From the NCBI GenBank assembly GCA_030390025.1, contig CM059432.1:93746001-93806000 (forward strand): a DNA stretch of 60,000 nucleotides. The letters run 5' to 3'. The stretch is from Squalus acanthias. Taxonomy: Eukaryota. The position numbers and the translations under genes are program-made. The stretch's first letter is position 1. The number at the start of each line of letters is the position of its first letter. Under the pieces are notes generated by a model that saw only the letters and a list, made by a program, of their open reading frames with translations, searched no databases and was not told where the DNA came from. Positions 52,711-60,000 of the stretch are shown here, piece by piece.

Positions 52711-52938
52711 AATTGAGAGGTCGCACAACACCAGGTTATAGTCCAACAGTTTTATTTGAAATCACAAGCTTTCGGAGCTATCGATCGCCCCTTCCTCAGG
52801 TGACTTCACCTGAGGAAGGGGCGATCGATAGCTCCGAAAGCTTGTGATTTCAAATAAAACTGTTGGACTATAACCTGGTGTTGTGCAACCTCTCAATTTT
52901 GTCCACCCCAGTCCAACACCGGCATCTCCGCATCTTGA
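52711..52938. mobile_element. Penelope family A inverted terminal-repeat insertion with hammerheads at 52762-52803 (-) and 52806-52847 (+)
   Basis: 93-bp arms (52711-52803 and 52806-52898), one mismatch, 2-nt spacer; TSD gtagatag at 52703-52710 and 52939-52946. Confidence 0.85.
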
Positions 52939-53725
52939 GTAGATAGCCCAAGGTTGCTTACCAGAAAGTGTTGCCGATAAACCTGTTCCTCTCCTATGCC
53001 AAGCTCCCAAACAAATTTACAGCTCATTCACTGCATTTCATGGAAACCCTCCCTCAGTGGAGCACACCTTCTCGATGCAACATACAACTGAAAGCTTTGT
53101 GATACATTCATCTTCCAACGGCATCACACCTCAAGCCATTATAACACTACCTAGGATGCATGCTGTGTAGTCACACACTGATACACAAATTGGTGTGCAG
53201 TTTACTGACATCTGTGTTCCTTCAAATTCCAGCATCTCAGCACGGCAGTTCTAGTTGTACAAGATGTCACAATCCCGACCTGCAAAAGGTCCTTCCTAGT
53301 GAAGCGTAGGTGCCCAAAGCACATCTGCTCTGATGTACTAAAGTAGATCTGTGGACCGTATACGTGAGTAATGGCAGATCTATGAAGCCGGCCTCATGTG
53401 CAAGTAGATCTCTCTTTGATCACTGCAACTTAATCTTTAAAATCCCTGATGACAAGAGGAATTCGTAGACAATACCTATCATAACAGTTTAGGGTACTTT
53501 AAATGAGTTTTAAGCTGCCCGAAATGCAGTAACGTGAAAAAACAAGCAAATGTGCAAAAGTTTTTTAAAAATGCAACAAACTGTCAACAACCTATCAATG
53601 GGAATGAAAATTGGGCAGTTTTTACATTGTCTGGTCCATCTGCAAGATCAGTTTTACGTCCAGGCAGCAAGTTCAAAATCTATCCCAAAGTGACTGCTCC
53701 ATGTCTGTAATGAAAACTGAATTAC

Positions 53726-53824
53726 CTTGGTGATGTGTGTAGTGGTTGTAGTACTTGAAGTTTCTGAGGTGATCGTCTGAGCACTCATTAGAACTCCTGG
53801 GTCACTGTCAGCACTCAAGTCCAA
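53726..53824 (-). CDS. EPB41L3: EPB41L3 coding exon LDLSADSDPGVLMSAQTITSETSSTTTTTHITK
   Basis: 99 nt, AG/GT boundaries, 4.1 C-terminal domain sequence. Confidence 0.95.
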
Positions 53825-55122
53825 CTGAAAAAAGGGAAAGAAACATTAATTTTAATGAACAGAAGTTGTAGCAAGGAAAATGCGTTTTCTGCTCCACTTC
53901 TCCGAATAAAGCTTCTTCAGCTGCAGGAAGAAGGTCTTGTAAAAGAACAGAAACAAGCATATAGTAATTAACAGAAATAAAGAACTCTGTTAGTAAGTGT
54001 AAGTGTGCAATTGTCATGAATTGCTTACGAGTAATATCTGCCTGATTCTAATATAGTTGATGTCCCGAAAGTTAGATTAGCAAAACTGTGCTGTCTGAAC
54101 TAAACTTTGCAATCAGCTGAAAAAGTTTAAACTATAAATATATCTATCCATATATACCTATTACTTCCTGTTACAATTTTTGAGTCTCTTTTTATGTCAT
54201 CAAAGACAACATTAATAGACATTCCTTCTTTGCCCAGGTCAACAAGGCCTGTCATATATAGCCCTCCACTCACTCGGTGACATTATGTAAGCTCATCAAT
54301 GTTTCTCACAGCCATTTACTTTTCAATACCAAAAACTACTTCTCTCTGCTGCAGCCTTTCACAACCGCAGGTAAGCTCCCCACTTTTACAATATTAATAT
54401 GGACATTATTCATTTGTTCAAACTCTCTTGTAAATGTTATTGCTAACTGGCTGCTATAGCCTGGCTCTGCTAATGTTCATGTTCCTTCAGGCCTCTCCTA
54501 TGAGCTATATAGCCCACACTGATATTTTCCAGTCCTGCTCAGATTTTGGAGCGGCCCTACACCCCATTTGTCGGCTCATATGCAGTCACAGCTCCACACC
54601 TGCATTTCCTGTCCCCAGTGACAGACTTATTGTGGCAGCAGCCTACATCGCAGCCTCACTGACATTGCCTGCTCACATTACCTCCCAGACCCACTCAAAT
54701 CCTATTCTGTGTGCCCATCCAGCCCTTAAGTATAGTTCCTGGTCAAAAAGTGCCCTGGACCCATCCGATACCAGTATCACTTTAAAAAAAAAAAAATTCT
54801 TGTTGCTCCTATTGTGCCCTGAACCATCCGGGTGCCATTATTTATACATATAAAAAATTGTTCATCATAGGCAGTTACTAAAGTAACTACGAGTAGTTAC
54901 TAAAATTTCCTTTAAATCGCCTGTGTCTTTTCAAACTTCAACTGCACGAGCATTGAATGGCCATTACATAAACAGAAATAACAGTGGTCGCACAAATTAA
55001 GCAAGGAAAAGCTTAATATGTTACATAAACAAATAATACTAAGACCAATATATTTTAGGTTTGATTATTTCTTACAAACTGTATGAAGAACTACACAAGG
55101 CTTCACTCAACAAACATGTTAC

Positions 55123-55251
55123 CTTTGCTGATTCATAGGTGATTGTTTTAGTCTCTGTGTGAACTACTGGTACATCCTTGGTGCAGATTTCTTTCCCATC
55201 CTCCTGACACACACTGTCAAAGCTGACAGACTCTGTTTTCACAACAGGTGG
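55123..55251 (-). CDS. EPB41L3: EPB41L3 (protein 4.1B) coding exon PPVVKTESVSFDSVCQEDGKEICTKDVPVVHTETKTITYESAK
   Basis: 129 nt, AG/GT boundaries, phase 0; the 4.1 C-terminal domain motif VPVVHTETKTITYES. Confidence 0.93.
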
Positions 55252-56034
55252 CTAAATGCAAAACGACAAGCAAACAAATACTCAAACAAGTGTGAGCAAA
55301 CCTTCATGACATTTTTCATTCTCACCATTCAGAAACTGATGGTTTCACAGTACGATACATGCCTCATCAGTTTTAAGGTGCTTTTACACTCAGTGGTTTT
55401 ACTTCCTCTTTGGGGAGAGTGACTTCTGTGCAGGGACTCTTATTCAAACCTGACAAGTTACATTCCCCAATATTTCCATGGTGTCTTTTACATTTAATGT
55501 TGGGTGCTGGAGTCCATATGTAATACGGAGACCCAGAGTGTAAACACGATGCTCTCCATGTTTATTTTCTGGAACAAGGTGCCTTAAACCAGTGACAGAT
55601 TATCGACCCACATTTTTGTGTTTTATCATGTCTCTGCATTTATGCTTAGGAATTCTGGAGATCTATGCATTTACAGTTGGGGGCACTCCTATAATATTAA
55701 AGAAACTTCAAAAATATATATATTTTCTGCATTGCTCTACTCCCTCATATTATTTAGCATAAATTGTCATGTTGCTATTTCACACATGGACCAGCAGGGG
55801 GCCTACTCTCAGTTGATGGCCAACAGCAAGTTAAACTGCTGTTAATTTTTGTCCAGAAGTCATTTGTACCAAAAAAAAAGCAGAGAAATTACCACAAAAG
55901 CTGCGTTTCTCAGAAAACTGCAGAAATATTTTGGAACTCTCAAACCAGCAACCTTACTTATTCTTTTCTACATTGAATTAGACAGCTTTCCCTCCCACCC
56001 TGAATAATGTTCTGCAGAATGAATGCTTTATTTA

Positions 56035-56175
56035 GAACATAAGAATTAGGAGCAGGAGTAGGCCATACGGCCCCTCGAGCCTGCTCCGCCATTCAGTAAG
56101 ATCATGGCTGATCTTCAACCTCAACTCCACTTTCCTGCCCGATCTACATATCCCTCGATTCCCCTAGAGTCCATA
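56035..56175 (-). repeat. CR1 3' tail
   Basis: Matches 14013-14150. Confidence 0.8.
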
Positions 56176-56419
56176 CTGATATTTTAAAAATTAACGTCTA
56201 CTACTGGAATCTGTCCACATTATAACATTCCGTGAGATCCAGCTATTTTTGTAACTAGATAAGGGTAAATGTAGCAAACATCCCATAGCATAGCATACAA
56301 GAAACAGAACGATTATGAAGCCTAAATATAAACAAAACAAGAGAGCATAGGAAAGAATAAAGTAAGGGAGGACATTGATGGCCAGGGAATAAACAGGAGT
56401 CTAAAAAGATGGCTAAACA

Positions 56420-59126
56420 TAAAGAAAGAGGAAATCCTATTAAAAATGAGTTAAACTGTTTGTACAGCAATGCACAGTTCTGTAATAAAACAGGGGAGCT
56501 GGAGGCAATCATGTGTTGTGAGGAACCAGACATAGTAGGGATTACTGAGACATGGCTACAGAAAAATCAGGACTGGGAATTAAAAATTGCAGGGTATAAC
56601 ATATCTAGAAAAGAGAGAGAGGGGAAAAGGGGAGGTAGAGTAGCTGTACTTATTAAGGATAACATAATGGCCATAGGAAAAAGTGATGCAGCTATCAGCA
56701 AGACAAAAATAGAATCCATATGGACAGAGATAAAAGATAATAAAGGATCAATCACTAATAGGCATAGTCTACAGCCCACCTAATAGTGGAAGGGAGGTGG
56801 AGGAAGAAATATGCAGACAAATTAGGGAAATTAGTAAAAAAGCATAGAATAATCATCATGGGGGATTTCAACTACCCTGATATTAATTGGACAGAAGAGG
56901 TAGGTAAAGGGGATAAGGGAATGGAGTTCCCACAATGTGTACAGGACTCCTTTCTAACCCAACATGTAAAAAACCCAACAAGGGAGGATTCGCTATTGGA
57001 TCTAGTAATGGGGAATGAACCAGAGCAGAAGAAGAGAAGTAAAAGTAGGGGAACATCTAGGCAATAATGACCATAATATAATACGCTTTAAAATGATAAT
57101 TGAGAAGGACATAAGTATGATGAAAACCAGGGTAATAGATTGGAGAAAAGCTGATTTTGAGGGTCTGAGAATAGAATTTGGGAAAATAAAATGGACAACA
57201 GTATTGGCAAACAACGATGCAGAACAGCAATGGAAACATTGAAAATGGAGTTCAACAGAGCGCAGGAACAATATATTCCGCTAAAAGGAAAGAACAAACT
57301 AAACACTAATGAGGCTCCATGGATTAATAAAGCCATAAGGGAACAATTGAGGGTAAGGAAAGAGGCATACATTAGGTACATGGACAGCAGAGGAGTGCAC
57401 GATATGGGAGAATACGAAAAGATTAGGAGAGAAGTCAAAAAACCAATTAGGAAAACAAAGAGGAACTATGAAATTAAATTATCAAGGAACATAAAACAAA
57501 ACAGTAAAATATTTTACAGGATCAATAAAAAAAAGGTTGGGATGGGAATAGGGCCATTAAGGGATAGACAGGATAATACCACAGGTAACGATAGCGAGAT
57601 GGCAGAAATATTAAATAATTATTTTGCTTCAGTATTTACCAGGGAGATAGAACAGGTGGACATGACATTGGATGACGAGATTAGTAATGAGAGAAGTGCA
57701 TTTAAAATAAAAAGAGGGAATATATTAAATAAACTAATCAAACTCAAAGAGGATAAAACCCCTGGTCCGGATGGATTGAATCCACGCATTTTAAAAGTAT
57801 CTAGGGAAGAGATAGCAGAGGTATTACTAAACATAATTAATAATTCGTTAGAAAAAAGTGTAGTGCCAGAGGACTGGCGGATAGCTAACGTAATACCTAT
57901 ATCCAAAAAGGGGGATATAGAACATGTCCAGGGAATTATAGACCAGTCAGCTTAACATCAGTGGGAGAAAAATAATGGAATCCCTACTAAAGGAGAAAAT
58001 AGAAGAACATCTAGAAATGAAAAATAATAAAGAATAGTCAAAATGGATTTCAAAAGGGAAAGTCTTGCTTGACCAACCTTATTGAATTTTTTTTGAAGAG
58101 GTAAGAGAGAATAGACAATGGTAATGCAGATGATGTAATTTATGTAGATTTTCAAAAGGTCTTCGATAAGGTACCTCATACTAGACTGATGAATAAGGTC
58201 AGAGAATGCAAAGTCAGGGGACAAGTACCAGAATGGATAGCTAGCTGGCTTCAAGACAGAAAGCAGAGAGTAGGAGTAAAGGGTAGCTATTCACAGTGGC
58301 AGAAGGTGGGGTTCCACAAGGATCAGTGCTGGGACCACTGTTGTTCACAATTTACATTAACAATTTAGACTTTGGAATCAAAAACACAAGTTCGAAATTT
58401 GCGGATGACACCAAATTGGGGGAGGATAGTCAATACTGAAGAGGACTGCAACAAATTACAGGAGGACATTAATAAACTTGCAGAATGGGCATATAATTGG
58501 CAAATGAAGTTCAACACAGATAAATGTGAGGTATTGCATTTTGGTAGGAATAGGGAGATCACTTATTACTTGGAGGGTGCGAATCTAGGTGGGGTAGAAG
58601 AACAAAGGGATCTAGGAGTACAAATACACAAATCACTAAAAGTTGCGACACAGGTTAGCAAGGCCATAAAAAAAGCAAACCAAGCACTAGGGTTTAGTTC
58701 TAGAGGGATAGAATTGAAAAGTAGGGAAGTTATGTGAAACCTGTATCGAACCTTGGTTAGACCACACTTAAGAGTAATGTGTACAGTTCTGGTCGCCATA
58801 TTATAAAAAAGATATAGAGGCACTGGAGCAGGTGCAGAGAAAATTTACACGGATGATACCAGAAATGCGAGGGTATACATATCAGGAAAGGATGAAGAGG
58901 CTGGGTCTCTTTTCTTTTGAAAAAAGGCTGAGGGGTGACCTAATAGAGGTCTTTAAAATTATGAAAGGTTTTGATAGAGTGGATAGAGAGAGAATATTTC
59001 CACTTGTGGGAAAGAGCATAACTGGAGGCCATCAATATAAGATAGTCACCAAGAAATCCAATAAAGAATTCAGAAGAAACTTCTTTACTCAAAGAGTGGT
59101 GAGAATGTGGAACTCGCTACCACAGG
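56420..59126 (+). mobile_element. CR1 LINE ORF2 (endonuclease + RT), frameshifted
   Basis: PDIVGITETW, MGDFNYP, KTPGPDG, DFQKVFD, PQGSVLG, FADD, RGDLIEVFK. Confidence 0.93.
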
Positions 59127-60000
59127 GACAACAGATGGACAATTACATTCCCCCTCATCATTCCTTTCATGTCCCAGATTTGAAGAAAACACAGGCCATC
59201 ATTAGTACAGGAGTCTGCATAATTTCTTTTTTTTTTATATACAGATACAGGTAATTTCAGACTGTTTTTTTTGCACAAATCCCAGGCTCACCCAGGCACT
59301 AGTTTCCCCAAAGTCTGTGCTAATTCTGATGAACATTCAAATGTGGAATGCAGTTTTAGTCTTTTCCTAGTGCAAACTATTTGTCCAAGGTATTTTGAAA
59401 ACCATATCACAGAAATTGTGCCAAAAGAAGGTTAAACTCGGTCAGGTGTTTTTTGCACACTACTTTTCAACCTTCTTTAGGACAAATCAAAATAACAACT
59501 TTAATTTTTAAAATAATTTAAGTGTTAGCAACTGTTGAAATAACAGTTATGTAAACTATAGTCAAACCTCATTAAACTATCTGAAACCTCTCATTATAAA
59601 AACTTCATAATTTAAGATTTGGAAATATTTGGTCTTGGCAGAGCTCCCTAATTCAGGAAGGAACATAAAATTGCAGTTAGATGAACTCAGATTGGTCCCC
59701 AGGCGTTTACAATAATGTGATTTGACTGTAGCAAAAAGAGACTATGAAAATAAAATCAAAAATAGAAAGTATCACAACATCATCAAAAGTTAGACCAAAA
59801 GCAGTACAAGCGTGCAGGAGGCACTTTGTTAAGAAGCTGCAGTAGTACAATGGCGTTTCAAAACCAGTGCGATGAGACGACAGCATGCAGATCGTAGGGA
59901 GGTAATTTTAAGCTAACCCGCTCGGAGGGTAAGGGTCGGCAGGCCGTTTTACATCCCATCTGACTTTACTTTCCACTGAAGTCAATGGAAAATAAAATTG

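Noticed and set aside
56409..59254. Several + strand ORFs as a novel gene
   Set aside because: Consecutive frameshifted pieces of one CR1 ORF2, antisense within an EPB41L3 intron.

Overview
Vertebrate genomic DNA; the repeat content points to a cartilaginous fish (shark), which is an inference. Two minus-strand genes are recognisable in the same order as human 18p11.31. ZBTB14 (BTB plus five C2H2 fingers, CDS 1891-3216) has a CpG-island first exon near 9.1-9.4 kb and a candidate distal promoter/exon near 12.9-13.1 kb. EPB41L3 contributes its last four coding exons (48.3-55.3 kb) and a 3'UTR exon (about 43.9-45.1 kb). The rest is a nested mosaic of mobile DNA: many CR1 LINEs, L2 and RTE fragments, SINEs, a two-gene PIF/Harbinger transposon, MITEs, a decayed retrovirus-like element, solo LTRs and two Penelope-like elements (RT + GIY-YIG). 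The most notable signal is five minimal type-I hammerhead ribozyme motifs from two Penelope families. They include a 96-bp ribozyme-only insertion with its own TSD and a 93-bp-arm hairpin in an EPB41L3 intron with a hammerhead on each strand. Also notable is an ORF1-less LINE whose 5' end is a tRNA-like SINE head, with a matching SINE nearby. All calls come from reading the sequence; no searches were run.
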